Assembly: GCA_951406725.2 (NCBI GenBank)
Contig: OX597819.1
Location: forward strand, 105,648,001 to 105,712,000
Length of the DNA: 64,000 nt
Direction of reading: 5' to 3'
Source of the DNA: Octopus vulgaris
Lineage: Eukaryota
Shown: positions 38,216 to 52,096 of the stretch, piece by piece
Numbering within the stretch: position 1 is the first letter of the stretch
Layout of the letters: the number at the start of each line of letters is the position of its first letter
Notes under the pieces: generated by a model
The model's input: the letters and a program-made list of their open reading frames with translations, nothing else
Told to the model about the DNA's origin: nothing
Databases searched by the model: none
Translations under genes and position numbers: made by a program

Positions 38216-40479
38216 ATTTAACCATTCCATATTCCCATATTGCACGTTTTAAAATTAAGAACAAATTAAATTTGTTTACATTTAATTTTCTTCCCGGACA
38301 GCCATTTATAATAACATCGACGTAAACTTTCTTCCACAATATCCCAAATAATTATAGTTATGAATAGCCACGAGGAGAATTGAGATTCACGATAGTATTA
38401 AGATTGTCTTTATATATACTTATCTTAAAATAATAACACTGTGTTGTATGTGATGTTTATTTGCAAGATATACCATATAAATTCTTTTGTCCAAGTAAGT
38501 TTTTCTTGTCTGTACTCTTACAGGGTCAAGACAATTTTGCTAACTCTTGTCTTATGTGTGTGTGTGTGTGTGTGTGTGTGTGATTGTGTGTCTGTATGAG
38601 TGTATGTCTGTATGTGCGTGTGTGTGTATTTAACTCTCTCTTTCCTCAGTTTTCTATATATCTTTTATATATATCTTTCTGTATATCTCTATGTGCATGT
38701 GTATAGAAAATTCTTTTTGTTGAAGTTAGGGTGTTTTACTTGAAGTTTTACTCGCCCTATGCAGAAAGATTTTCTTTCTGGTGTTTATGCAAGAAATACA
38801 TGGAGACCCTTATGGTTTGCCGCACGTTCGGATGACCTCTACTCAACTATACTTCTCTCGACTACTCTCTGACGACTTCTAGACTTCTCCCTCTATATCT
38901 ACGTATTGGGCTAGCCTACTTCATCGTCTGGGGGCGTCCACACAGCACTTTATTACATGGAAGGGCTTCCTCATGAAATGGAGCTGCAGTTGTTAAAATT
39001 ATCTGATTCCACGCCCAATAAAAATTAAATCCCATTTAATTGTAATTTTAACAAAAGCTATATCTCAATACCCGAGCTCACCCTCCATTTAACGAAGCGT
39101 TCCATATGTTTTCCTATATAAACACCAGAAATAAAATCTCTCTTTACTGGCTGGATAAGACATCAGGTGAAATTAAAATTCTCGGTTAAAAAAACAATAT
39201 CTTTACAATAAATTTGACTCTAATTTTCTTATCTAGAAAATGTTAGTCTTCAATTGTTATTTTTTATACTAGCTTTAAAATAAAATAAAAAAAAAGCTTA
39301 ATTTAGTATTTGTATAAGTATATACGTATGATCTAAAATAGACTAGATCTGATAATAAGAGGCCGAATATTTACTCTTTGAAAGTCTTTGATTTACGCTC
39401 AACTCTCAGGAATGGTTGGAACGAAGCAACAACACAGCTACAACAGTGAGAATATAAATAATTACCTACGAGTGCAACTGAAGCATCCGATCAAATTAAG
39501 AAGGATTTTTATCGTGGCCCGACCTTTGAGAAGTAGCAACAAAATCTCCTTTGAATTCCTTTATGAATTCCTTTGAAATTCCTTCGTATAATCAATAAAA
39601 CACCTCATATAATGTAATTCTTGATACTGCATCTTGAAAAATAAGGGAAAATACGTGATGGCAATGACTGTGATAATTTCTTTGATCATAAGTTTGCTTG
39701 ATGATGCCTATCCTACGGTTAAACAATTACTACAATTATAGCCAATAACAGTAACTAATCCACAACGAAACTATACATTAGATAATGCAGTCTTAGATAC
39801 GTAGTGTTGAAGTAAAACTTCTATCTACTCGTTCAAGATCGACCTATAACTAAATGACAACGTATTCCTAAAAATTACTTATGAAATAACCATTTAAGAG
39901 GTCTTTCTTCGTGTTAATGGTAACACAATTGTTTCTGATCTAGCAACCAAGAGCCTAACCTCGTATGTAACATTATCAATTATATTTGATATCCACACGT
40001 CTCAATGTAACTAGCATCCAAATATATTTGTATATAGTAAATGAATAAGCGTAATTATGTAAGTTTTTGGAAACAATGTTTTAGAAAAAGCATTATCGTA
40101 TCATAACATGTTTTAAAACACTGTTTTGTGTATATTTCTGTATATATTTTCCTGTTTAGTTTTGTCATTTTGCTGTTTTTTTTCTTTTGTTTATGCTCAT
40201 GATTGTATGGAAAGTAATGTATATCACTTTATGAAACCTGATTTCGGAATATCTGATACCAATTCTTGATAGAGCTATTTATGACACGGCTACATACTTA
40301 TTCTACATTCGCTAACTGAAAAGCACAAAATACGTTTATTGGAAATTTTCCAAGCACTTTAAAAAACCACTTCCAAAATAACGAAATCATACAGATTGTA
40401 ATCGTAAGAGAAAATATATTGCTTTCTCTGCTATTGATGTTAATGCTGTTGCTGTTGTTGTTGTTGTTGTTATGTAGAC

Positions 40480-41200
40480 TGACTGGTCGAACCACTGAAT
40501 CTCGGAGGTGGGGTTGATTGACTGAGTAGTATGTACAGTGTATCAAGTGAGAGAGGTGAGTGGTGAAAGAATGGAGTCTAAATACTCACAGACACCGAGT
40601 CTGAGGGTGAGGTTTGAATACAGAGTGTACATTGGACAACAAAGATGATCTGTAGATAAACAGTAAGAGATTTATGTTTTAAAGAGAAACGGTATACGTG
40701 AAGTGTGGTTTAATAAAAGGTGATGGGCTCGGGTTCAGATTCGACGAAAGTTTTTAATATTAGCAAAATGAGGGAGAATTGTTCAATAGATTTAACGTTA
40801 TTTTTGATTGAATTTTCTAAGTGTACTACTTTGTAAGTGAATTGGGTAGAGGGAGTCTTACAGTTGATGAACTAACTAACCATTATTTCAATTCATGTAA
40901 ATAGCCCAGTTAAATGTCAGTGGCCACGGATGAGATCCTTGAGATATTTTGCTTACTGAAAAACAAGTTAGAGACAAGAGCGCGAAAAGACAAGGAATTT
41001 TAAAAGGCTGGTGGCAGGCTTCTACTAGGAAATATTTTCCGCTGAGAAACAATAGCACGAAGTATAGAGAAATGTGGTCGAAATTTGTGTGTAAAGATAT
41101 TTTGAATTGTCATCGATGCTTCCGTAACTTTGAGTTCTTCCTTGGTAGGGGTGTTGGCACTACTCAGATCCCTTTTTATCTCTAGAAAGAAATGGCCCAT
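40480..41200 (-). pseudogene. Possible old PLE RT N-terminal remnant
   Basis: Minus-strand fragments KG-LS-.PTP (frameshifted), EYLDSILSPL and HLRDS occur in the order expected for PLE RT. Confidence 0.35.
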
Positions 41201-41239
41201 ATTAGTGTGGGCTCTATCCTTTTGACGGGTCCAGCATGA

Positions 41240-41745
41240 AAGATCAGGTGGAATTCTTCTTCATGCACGGCATGTAATCTTTCAAAGTTTTTTTACTTTT
41301 TGGAATTTTTTGAGAAAATGTGTGTGCATTTGTGTTTTACACATGGGAATTCATACGACTATGATAAAATATTAAAAAAATTTTTGGAAAGTTTGTTTCA
41401 ATTTTTAAAAATCACAGTTTAAAATACGGACAGTCTGAATTTTTGGCATACATTCCAGCAATAGACCATTAAATGTGTTTATATGGAGAAAGATATTGAA
41501 AAACAGCAATACATCAGTGACAAACAAACGAGAACGGTATGAGGTGGTTGTAAGATGTGCTAAAAAAAAACCAGCTAAATACCCCTTAAATCATACCAAA
41601 AAATTTTTTTTGGTTTTTGCATAGTCATATAAATTCTCGTGTGTAGAACACAAATTCGTAAAAATTTTCTGAAAATTCCAAAAAATAAAAAAAGTTATGA
41701 AGGGTTATATACCATGCATAAAGTAGAATTCTGCCAAAGATCCTC
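41240..41745. mobile_element. Old MITE-like element with ~145-bp diverged inverted repeats
   Basis: 41240-41385 is an imperfect reverse complement of 41598-41745. Confidence 0.6.
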
Positions 41746-42970
41746 CCAAGGGCATAACCCTTGAAGTCATTAAGGCACATAAGTCACCTCACCGCAACAA
41801 GGACTGGATCTTGCAGTGGAAGCTGCTTTAAGCAGGACAAAAAATAGGAACAATCTTAATACACTGATTAATAACGATGAGAAATAATAACATCTTTTGC
41901 AGTTTTACTACAAATATTGTAATTAAAAGAACTTCTGGAATAATATTTTAGGTGTAAAGAATATCGTTAAATTTTTTTCGAAATATAATTTCATACAATG
42001 TTCAGTGGCGATTTCAAAATATTAAGTAGAAAATGCTACTGATTTTGACAGACAAGTTGCTATATACTTATATCAAACGTTGTGAGGCAGTAGGTTTTCT
42101 GAGAGTATGCACAATCATATTTAAAGCTTAATGGCAATATTTAACTATTAATTACTGGTTCAGTGATGTTGGAATTTAAGGCAGTGATAAGAAGCCCAAG
42201 ACCCCTTTTAGTTTTGTGAGGGACTTATTCATGGTGCAGAAATATCTGTAGTATATTGTTTCGAGTGACACCAGATAGTCCGGTATAGCGTTGCTAGATG
42301 TACAGATAAGTGTGAAGTTTATCAAAAAATTTTATCAATGGATTCATTTGTTGGTTTGACTGAATGTGTTATTCTCTATAAGTAATAGAACTGTTTTAAA
42401 TTTTGACGACACGTGCACACTACTATATATACAGTGCAATGCCATTAATGTCAGAGGACAATAGAGTAATTCTATGTTAATGTTTAAATATGATATAATT
42501 GAGCTGAAGTCATTGAATTGTACATTGAATATTTTGGCAATTGTTAACTGGAAATTTTGAAATTCTTAGATGTTAAATTCTATTAGATTCAATTACAAAG
42601 TATAATTACATTTATATATTCCAACTTGCATATGTAAACATACACACATACGCACACATACATATATATCTAGGTAGACACGCGCACGTACGCGCACCGC
42701 ACACACATATATGTACGTATAGAGGGAGGGATGTAGATTATGTATGTTGGAATTTTATGGAAATATTCTTTTGAATTAAATCCTCTGAATAGCTCTTCAT
42801 GAATTTCCTCGAGTCATATCGAGCGAAAATGATTAATACCAAATTCTAAGCATTTCGAAATATTATCATTTTAAATTTCATGACAATGAGAAAAGCTATA
42901 CTTGACGTTTAGACGCCATCTGCATGAAAATTAATGCGTTGAATTAGTTTTAATATATCTATTTCATTCA

Positions 42971-43335
42971 AGGCGGCGAGTTGCCAGAATCGTTACCGTA
43001 CCGGGAAAAATACTTAGCGGAATTTCTTCCGCCTTTACGTTCTACGTTCGACGGAATATGAACTCAGAACGGACGAAGTGCTGTTAAGCATTTCACCGCC
43101 TTGGGGTTATTGGTAATTAATACAACATATTAGAGCAGCGAGCTGGTTGAATCGCCAGTGCGTCGGGAAAAACGCATTTCTTCAGAGTTGACGTTCTGAG
43201 TTCAAATTCCGTGGAGGTCGGCTTTACCTGTCATCCTTCTGTGGTCAATAAAAAGCATCACTTGAGTACTATAGTCGATGTAATCAACTTACCCCTTTCC
43301 CCTAATTGCTGGTCTCATTCCTAAATTTGAAACGA
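42971..43335 (+). mobile_element. Cluster of SINE family B pieces
   Basis: Head at 42971, a short inverted piece at ~43031-43102, and a fuller copy at 43133-43335. Confidence 0.75.
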
Positions 43336-43817
43336 ATATATCTATTTCCTGTTTGGTCTGTCTATTGTTCATCAGTGAAACATAGAAAGCAATAAATCTG
43401 ACTCAGTGGTAGACAAACTCCGTCTCCCGGTTTAAGCTCCTACTTGATACCTTGGATGTAAACACCGAATCCAAGTTTCTAGTTGAGGCCACCTTCCCCA
43501 CCCCTTCACACCAACTAGTCTTGGGGATCTTGTAGTGTATTGTGAGCCTTTCCTCTTGACTAAAAGCTAAATAATAGATTAAGAAAGAACGCTCTTACTG
43601 GAATTCGACTGGTGTAGAATTAAAACTGGGATCATTTAAAGAATAAAGACTTGCTTGAATATAACAGATGTATCAATTTTAAGTTTAATATAATTATAGA
43701 AATGGTATTTAAATAATACGGAAAATTATTCCATTCTTTAGGTACATGCAAAACATTCCAGAAAATATATTTTAAAAATTCGGCCGGTTGAAATACTACT
43801 TTCGAATTTAAAAATTG

Positions 43818-43900
<83 letters not shown>

Positions 43901-43901
<1 letters not shown>

Positions 43902-44154
43902 GGAAAAAAAAATTGATCAATAGGGATCGACATTTCTGTGATAACGATCCCTATTGATCAACTTTTTTTCCTTTCCCTTTTTCTCCCCCCCCTTTTAAAA
44001 AATTTTTTTATTCCCCCCTTTTTTTGCCCTCTTTCTTTCCCTTTACGATCCCTTTTGATCGAAAACCAAACCCCCTTTTTTTACCCCCAAAAGAAAAGCT
44101 CTACCTTGTAATTTGTCCTGTCTGTGTGCAGCCCTGTGTGGCTAATAAAGAAAC
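43901..44154 (+). mobile_element. 3' end of Tx1-like family E with a 5' fold-back inversion
   Basis: Shares gaaaagctctac.ttgta.ttgt...cagccctgtgtggc.aataaagaaa with the 46316 and 49269 ends. (TATC)n on both sides. Inverted repeat 43901-43929 / 43945-43972. Confidence 0.8.
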
Positions 44155-44155
44155 A

Positions 44156-44204
<49 letters not shown>

Positions 44205-45303
44205 GTCTGTCTGTCTGTCTGTTTGTCTGTCAACAAAATTTTATACTGGGGTATACACCTTGTAGTATGCCTTTTCACAGTTTTAAAGCCCAATCACAGT
44301 ATTCAAATACCTGATATCATCAACAGTATGGAGGTACATGCCACAGTATTTCCCTCGTATCCGTAGAGTTTAGGAAAAATATGAGAGAAAGAAAATGGAA
44401 TTCACGAGATACTTTATTATTCCCTACGATCGTTTCAGCCCATCGTGCACCGGTGCATCATGGGTAAAGTGCTATGCAAACAGCTGTTGTGCACCGAAGG
44501 TGCAGATGTGTCTCATCGTGTGACTTGTCAAAAGTACCTCATTTTTTAATCTTTCTTTCGCTTATTTCTATCAGTAGTGTTACTAGTCTACACGATAGTT
44601 CGGGATGATAACATTCCGAAGGCCAACTCAGCCCCAAACCTGTGAACTTGACACTATATAGTTACTCATAACACAAGCTGAGGTAATAGAGTTTATGACT
44701 TCCCATCTCCTTTATTTGATAAAATAAATAACTGAGGAAGTATTGTGTCGAGGTAATATCGATTAAACTTTTGAACTCTCTAACCCGGTATGGTCAAACA
44801 CCAATGAGTGAAACCAGTGAAGGAATACAAGAAGTTGATAAAAATAAGAATACATGAAACAAGAGATAAATAGAAAAATAAAACATATAAGAAACTGATA
44901 ACGGAAAAGGGGAAAACTTCAATAAAAATAATTATATTTACTCCACTTATGCATTGAGTAATCTTTCTACTTAGAAACACATAAATACACACACACAAAC
45001 GCAAACACATACACATACACAGATATTTACCTTCATCTATACGCGTATACATATACCCTGTGTGTATTCTTCACAAGAGTAATTTTGAAACAATTCTTTT
45101 GATATGTAAAAATTCGTTTTCTCCGCAGCATATTTCTACTTAAATTACGTTATGCTCCATACAATCTGAAATATTTCCTTTTATCTATGGCAGTTCCTAT
45201 TCAGTTCCGTTTGATTAATTTTTGAGAGCGATCATCCGAATATTCTATTCCACTGCACCTTGTCTTGTTTTCCTCTCTTTCTCTTACTTTATCTGTCTGT
45301 CTG

Positions 45304-45361
<58 letters not shown>

Positions 45362-45465
45362 GTATGTATATATATAAATATATATATACATATATGAATA
45401 TATATTTATATATATATATGCCTAAATACATATATACACGCATATATACATGCATACCTATAAAA

Positions 45466-45506
<41 letters not shown>

Positions 45507-45597
45507 TACATATGTATACTTATATATGTACGCAAACATCCCTCTGTCTCCTTGTTTGTGTGTCTGTTTATCTCTCTCTCTCTCTCTCTAAATAATT

Positions 45598-45654
<57 letters not shown>

Positions 45655-45916
45655 GTAAACGTATATATTTTTGTATAATATATCTATATAAATACATATA
45701 ATAATATGAATAAATATTTCATATTCATGTATTAGCATGAATTTGTGCAAAACGAAATAACAAGTGGGCTCAATAAAGGTGAACACAATCAGGCTTAAAA
45801 CGATAATTTGTCGAATAATATGTAGATTGCAACAAATACGGAGATATTTGAAAATATATTCAAGTAACAGGCAGAAATGATACATACACACGTACATATA
45901 TGCATACAGATAGACA

Positions 45917-46316
45917 GGATGGCACGTATGAATGACGAAGCCACCTTGACTATGATCCTATGAACCGTAAATATTAATACAGAGAGTTGCTTATTTGTAA
46001 AAGAATATAACATGTGACTTCATTGACCAAGGTTACCGTGGTCTTTTCCGTAGGCTTTTCTCTCCACGGGTAAACCTCACCTGTCCCCCCCTTTACACTT
46101 TATATTGACATTTCTGTGATAACGATCCTTATTGATCGATTTTTTCCTTTTCCTTTTATTTTTCATTCTCCCCTTCCTTTTGTTTGCTTTCCTCTTTCTT
46201 TCCTTTTACGATCTCTTTTGATCGAAAACCAAACCCCCTTTTTTATCCCCAAAAGAAAAGCTCTACCTTGTAATTTGTCCCGTCTGTGTGCAGCCCTGTG
46301 TGGCTAATAAAGAAAC
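45917..46316 (+). mobile_element. 5'-truncated family E copy
   Basis: RMARMNDEATLTMIL* is homologous to KMVRASEETTFKMIL* at ~48906-48953. It has the same 3' UTR and a TATC/TGTC tail. Confidence 0.8.
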
Positions 46317-46333
46317 ATCTATCTATTTATCTA

Positions 46334-46384
<51 letters not shown>

Positions 46385-46583
46385 GCCTGCCTGCCTGTCT
46401 GTCTGTCTGTCTGCCTGTCTGCCTACCTGTCTGCCTGTCTATCTGCCTGCCTGCCTGTCTGTCTGCTTGCCTGCCTATCTGCCTGTCTGTCTATCTGTCT
46501 GCTGTTTGTGTGTATGCGTATGTGTGTCGGCCTGAGTGTGTGGGTATGTATGTGTGTGTGTTTGTATGTTTTTGTGTATGTGC

Positions 46584-46736
46584 AGGCGTAGATGCAAGAT
46601 AAGATTACCTCCCAGACACACGGTTCCAGGTACAGTCTCTCTTGGTGACACCTGCGTGGCGCCTTGGGTTATAGCTCAGGGCCTACCAAGGCCTTGCGAG
46701 TGGATTTGATTGATGGAAACTGAAGGAAGCCCGTCG
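46584..46736 (+). mobile_element. SINE family A 5' half, diverged
   Basis: ggttccagg...gccttggg...gccttgcgagtggattt...ggaaactgaaggaagcccgtcg. Confidence 0.7.
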
Positions 46737-46744
46737 TGTGTGTG

Positions 46745-46832
<88 letters not shown>

Positions 46833-46833
<1 letters not shown>

Positions 46834-48952
46834 CGCTGTGAATGGACGGTAAAAAAATCGGCTCCAAATAAGTTGGCTTTTTTGTATGGAAAAACGTTTT
46901 ATTTGTCAAATATTTTTTCTGAAAGAAGTGTCTGAAGTCATCTACTTCAACCCCAGTAAATCTTGTAATAGGAAATAACTCCATTTGGAGTTTTCTTCGG
47001 TTTCCTTGACATATTTCAAATCGAAAATGGCTAAATTAAACCATGAAGCCGACTTCCCGCCTCTACCACAGTCAGAGGCGAAGGAAGCTGAAACCAAAGC
47101 CGTTCCGCTTGAATATACGACAGGCTTTAGAAAATACGTACAAAGAAGCGAATACATTTACTATTATATACACTGCCTCCATCAGTGCTACCACCACAAC
47201 CAACACGAATACTGAAATCAATTTTGCCGTAGCTTTAAAGCTACAGAAAAAAATCATGTGCTTTTCCAAGGAAGAACTGCTTGCCTGTAAAGCAATGTTT
47301 AAAAACAAACGACCTCAGCATACAACTACAGACACCACAAAATATCACGGAAAAAATCGCAAAAAATCCCAATTATTTACAGGACACTCAACCTAAAAAC
47401 AAGGCTATACCCAAGTAAATGTATAAAAATGTTTAAGGCCCATATGGGCCTTTAAAGACCACATTACGAGGGGAAACAGATTGTTCGATTCGACAGTGAA
47501 GAAAGAGCCAAGGACCTCTCCACAAAGTCCTTCCAATTTGAAAATTTACTGATGATCCCTACATACCTTGGTCATACGGTCACAAAAATGAAAATAAAGA
47601 ATGTGCCTCCTGAAATAGAAATAAAATGGTTCGTGTCTGCCATTTGTTATGACATCGAGGACAAAATCCATATCTTGGAAATCACTGTCCTGGACCAACA
47701 AAACTGGATTGGCCAAGAAGTCGAAATTCTTGCTCAAATTGATCCGATGAATTCTGAAAAAATTCCACATCGAATCCAATTGACAGAGGATTCGAGTTTG
47801 TATGTGGCCGTCGAAGGTAGAAAGCCGCGTTGCTACGTTTATGGTAGGAAAGCACACTTACAAATTAATTGCCCACTAATCACAGAAACAACAACAACGA
47901 CAACAAGATCACGAAAAACAACAACAACAACCACAAGGAAATCAAAAACTGAGCAAAAAATCCAGCACTGCTACACACACCGCCATATGCAAAACTAATT
48001 AAACAGCTCTGAAAACAAACGAAGGAGCATTAGCAACCAACAAGCCAGCCCAACCAAACAACACCACCACCAGCGCCACCCTGAGCAGAAACAACACCAT
48101 CATCATCACAGCCACCACCACCACCACCAACAACTTCAAAGGAGGAAGAGAAACCCAAAAGATTCATACCCCACTCTCAAAAACCCATACACCACACCCT
48201 AACTGTCATCAATCAGCACCAACACTAACAACAAAGTCAACACACTCAGAAATAGACCCCAATACCCTTCTCCTCCCACCTTCTGATTCCTCCAGCATGT
48301 CGTCAGATGAAGACGACACAGAGGATTGGCAAGTGGTCACAGGGGGAAGGAGAAAATGGGGGAAAAAGATAGAGAAGCAGACAAACAAAGCAGGGAGGTT
48401 TACTACTCCTGAAACCAAAACACCCGCAGAAAACAAAAGCATCAACACAAACACACGAAACCCCACAGCAATGTTGACAGCCATAAACACCAACAATCCA
48501 GACCTAATGGAATACATTAGGTCAAACACCAGCATAACAGAAAATGATACCAAAACAAATAATCACCCACGCACAACACCACCACAACACATTAAAATCA
48601 TACACATAACACAGAACACACACAGCACCCTGAAATCTCTCTACCCGGATGCAGTTGGGAGATTTAAAAATTACCTGTCTAAAATACTATACACTTCAGG
48701 GAGAAGACTGTGAGGTGAAGAACAAAGAACTTTCAGACAATAAGTGGCTCCCTCTCTCTCTTTCTCTTTCGTCTTCCTTTTGTGTGTAAAACACAACTTT
48801 CGATAGGAACATGCTCAAAATAGGTAGTATAAAAGTAGGTGACTTGGGGTCACGAGGCAGGTTTTGTCTCCTGAAAGTTTCAAAAAAAAGTGGGTGAATG
48901 TAGCAAAGATGGTACGTGCGAGTGAGGAAACCACTTTCAAAATGATTCTGTA

Positions 48953-49013
<61 letters not shown>

Positions 49014-49269
49014 ACTTTGCTCTCATGTGTTTATTCCCTCCCTACCTGAGGTTGCGGTGGTCTTTTCCGTAGGTTTTTTTCTTTCCACGGATAAACCTAA
49101 TCTTGCTTTTTGCATTTTCAAAATTATTCTGTGATACACGATCCCTTTTGATCGGAATTTTACCTTTTTTTTCTCATTTTTCCCCTTTTCTTCTTCATTT
49201 TCGAAAAGAAAAGCTCTACATTTGTATTTGTTCCCTCTGTGTTCAGCCCTGTGTGGCCAATAAAGAAAG
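46833..49269 (+). mobile_element. Tx1/L1-like non-LTR element retaining a decayed ORF1 with ORF2 almost wholly deleted
   Basis: Flanked by (TATC)n. ORF1 pieces 47027-48713 include KIKNVPPEI, a knuckle PRCYVYGRKAHLQINCP, a T/P-rich linker and WQVVTGGRRK. A short ORF2-like tail FKKKWVNVAKMVR follows, then AATAAA at the 3' end. Confidence 0.7.
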
Positions 49270-49336
49270 TAATCTATCTATCTATTTCTATCTCTCTATA
49301 TCTCTATCTATCTATGTATCTATCTGTCTGTCTGTC

Positions 49337-49387
<51 letters not shown>

Positions 49388-49389
49388 TT

Positions 49390-49834
49390 TTCTCTTTTAC
49401 TTGTTTCCGTCATTGGACTGCAGCCATGCTAGAGCACCGCCTTTAGTCGAGTTAATCGACCCCAGGACTTATCCTTTGTAAGTCTAGTACTTATTCTATT
49501 GGCCTCTTTTGCTGAGCCGCTAAGTTACGGGGACTTAAACACACCAGCATCGGTTGACAATCGATATTTGTTGGAGAACAAATACACAAACACACACACA
49601 CACGCACGCACACACATACACGCAGGCACACACAGACGCACGCACACACAGATGCACACACACACACACACACACGACGGGCTTCTTTCAGTTTCCGTCT
49701 AGCAAATCCACTCACAAGGCGTTGGTCGACCCGAGGCTATAGCAGATGACACTTGCCCAACGTGCCACAGTGTGACTGAACCCGAGACCAAGTGGTTGGT
49801 AAGCAAGCTACTTACCACACAGCCACTCCTGCAC

Positions 49835-49836
<2 letters not shown>
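49390..49836 (-). mobile_element. SINE family A, full length
   Basis: Complete match to the other copies with an internal (CA)n. Confidence 0.88.
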
Positions 49837-49879
<43 letters not shown>

Positions 49880-49882
<3 letters not shown>

Positions 49883-50637
49883 TTGAAACCTGTTCGTATT
49901 TATTAGTATTTGGTAAGGCTGGCCATCGTAGGTAGAATCCAAAGCTGAATCAGAAGAAAGGAAGCGGTGCTATAGTTTCTTGCAGTTGTTTTAAAAATAG
50001 ATGTGCGTAGGATGCGTTCCCATGCAAACTATCGGCAGCCTACATTGAAGTTACGATGTGTTCCATTATCAGGGAAAGAATGAGATAGAGTCTTAATATG
50101 ATAAAATGATCTACGAGTTGTGGGAGGTGTAGAGAGGTGAACCTAAAAGGGGAGAGGCAGAGAATACAAGGTCATAATAATAGGAAGATTGGTAGATTCT
50201 AACAAACATAACAAAGGATAGATATATAACTTCAAGAGTTAGAGGAAGATATATAGAATACATGGCCTATGCCAGTATTGGCAGGGAAGGGAAATGGTAA
50301 ATGGGAATGGTGTGAAGAGCAATATGTGTAGCATGCGGACAACTAATGAGACAAGTAAATTAGAATTATCAGTTAGCTAGACTAGCCACTGGAGGCGGGG
50401 GTTAATGTGAAGAAAGGGCTTAGAGTTTCAGGGTGAGATGGGGAACATAAAAAATAAAACATACCTGTGAGCCAAAAGCTGAGTGATAAGTTAAGTAAAG
50501 ATTATGGTAAGTAGAGAAGAGAAGAAACATAAGTGAGAGGTAATGTAAGTAAATCAGCTGACTACGAAGAGATTCAGCTTTAGAAGTTTACTGCAAATAA
50601 AGCTTCCATTATAGTTGTTGTTATTGTTGTTATTGTT

Positions 50638-50715
<78 letters not shown>

Positions 50716-51830
50716 GTTATGTTCCATTTGTCATGATATGGAAGTTATATATCTATTTCATTCTTTCTCTGATAATGGAACACATCGCAACTACATTGTA
50801 GGCCGCCGATCGTCTGCATGGAAACACACCATCTGCGCATCTATTTTTAAAACAACTGCAAGAAACTATCGGCACCCCTTCTTCCTCCTTTCTTCTTATT
50901 CAGCTTTGGATCCTACCTATGATGATCAGCTTTACCTAATACCAATAATTCGGATTTATAACCATTAGGGACATATTTCACCTGATATTCTATTGAGCCT
51001 TTGTGATCTATACTCCTGTAACGACTCAACCCACTTGTTTGAATATATGAATGTCATATATAAATGTTATAATCATATATTATAAAATACCCAAATTTGA
51101 AACAGAATTGAAGAAATATTTATGAACACACAGCTCCCAAACTCTACTGCCATAAAACGCAAGATTTATAATCTTTATGTACTAATTAATTTGCTTATAC
51201 AACAATTTACACCTAAAGGCTAATATACAGACTAAAAGACTTTACACCTACCTAAATCCTTTTGTGAACATTAAAGCATAACAGAAAGAAATTTTCTATA
51301 TTTAAACTCCATGACATACCTCATTAATAACCCATATCATCCAAATAAAAACTGGAAATACACTAACTAACAACATGTAAAGGAACTGACCAGCTATAAC
51401 AGATCACCTACTAACATTCTTTTGCGAATCTCTTATTAATAAATTTTTAGATACTGTACCTTTAACCTTTACATTGTCAAATCAAAGGATTAAATCCAAT
51501 AAAACCAAAATTAACTAAAAGTAATGGCACATCCAATACCTACCTAACAAAGGGGGCACACCTAAATATATACAGATGCTTACAAAGGTCTACATGCATG
51601 TATAAATTCTAAACAATAGCATAACTTCAAATTTAATCAATAAAAATTTCTCCAAAACACCTCTTTATAACAACCCATTTACCACTCTACCTAATCCTAC
51701 ACGCGCAAGGAAGATTTAAACTCAACTGAGACTATATCAAGCCAAGATTCCTCAGTGCATTGCACTGCGACGATGGCTTAACTGGCCAAATCTTTGAAGT
51801 CACTGTCAATAATATTCTTGTTTAAGAATG
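49880..51830. mobile_element. Old LINE-like remnants in opposite orientation
   Basis: 49882-50090 is a diverged reverse complement of 50752-50965. A/C-rich sense composition continues to ~51830. Family not identified. Confidence 0.45.
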
Positions 51831-52044
51831 ATAAACAGATGTATACATGCCTATGCTACATGTGTGTTACATATGTGTATGTCTGTATGTAAATGTTTTT
51901 CTATGGTTATATATAATATATAATATATATGCAACTGTCTTACCGACCGTCCGTCCGCCTGTCAGTCTGTCTGTCTGTCTCACTGTCTGCCTGCCTACCT
52001 ACACATCCATCCATCCATCCATCCATCCATCCATCCATCCATCC

Positions 52045-52096
<52 letters not shown>

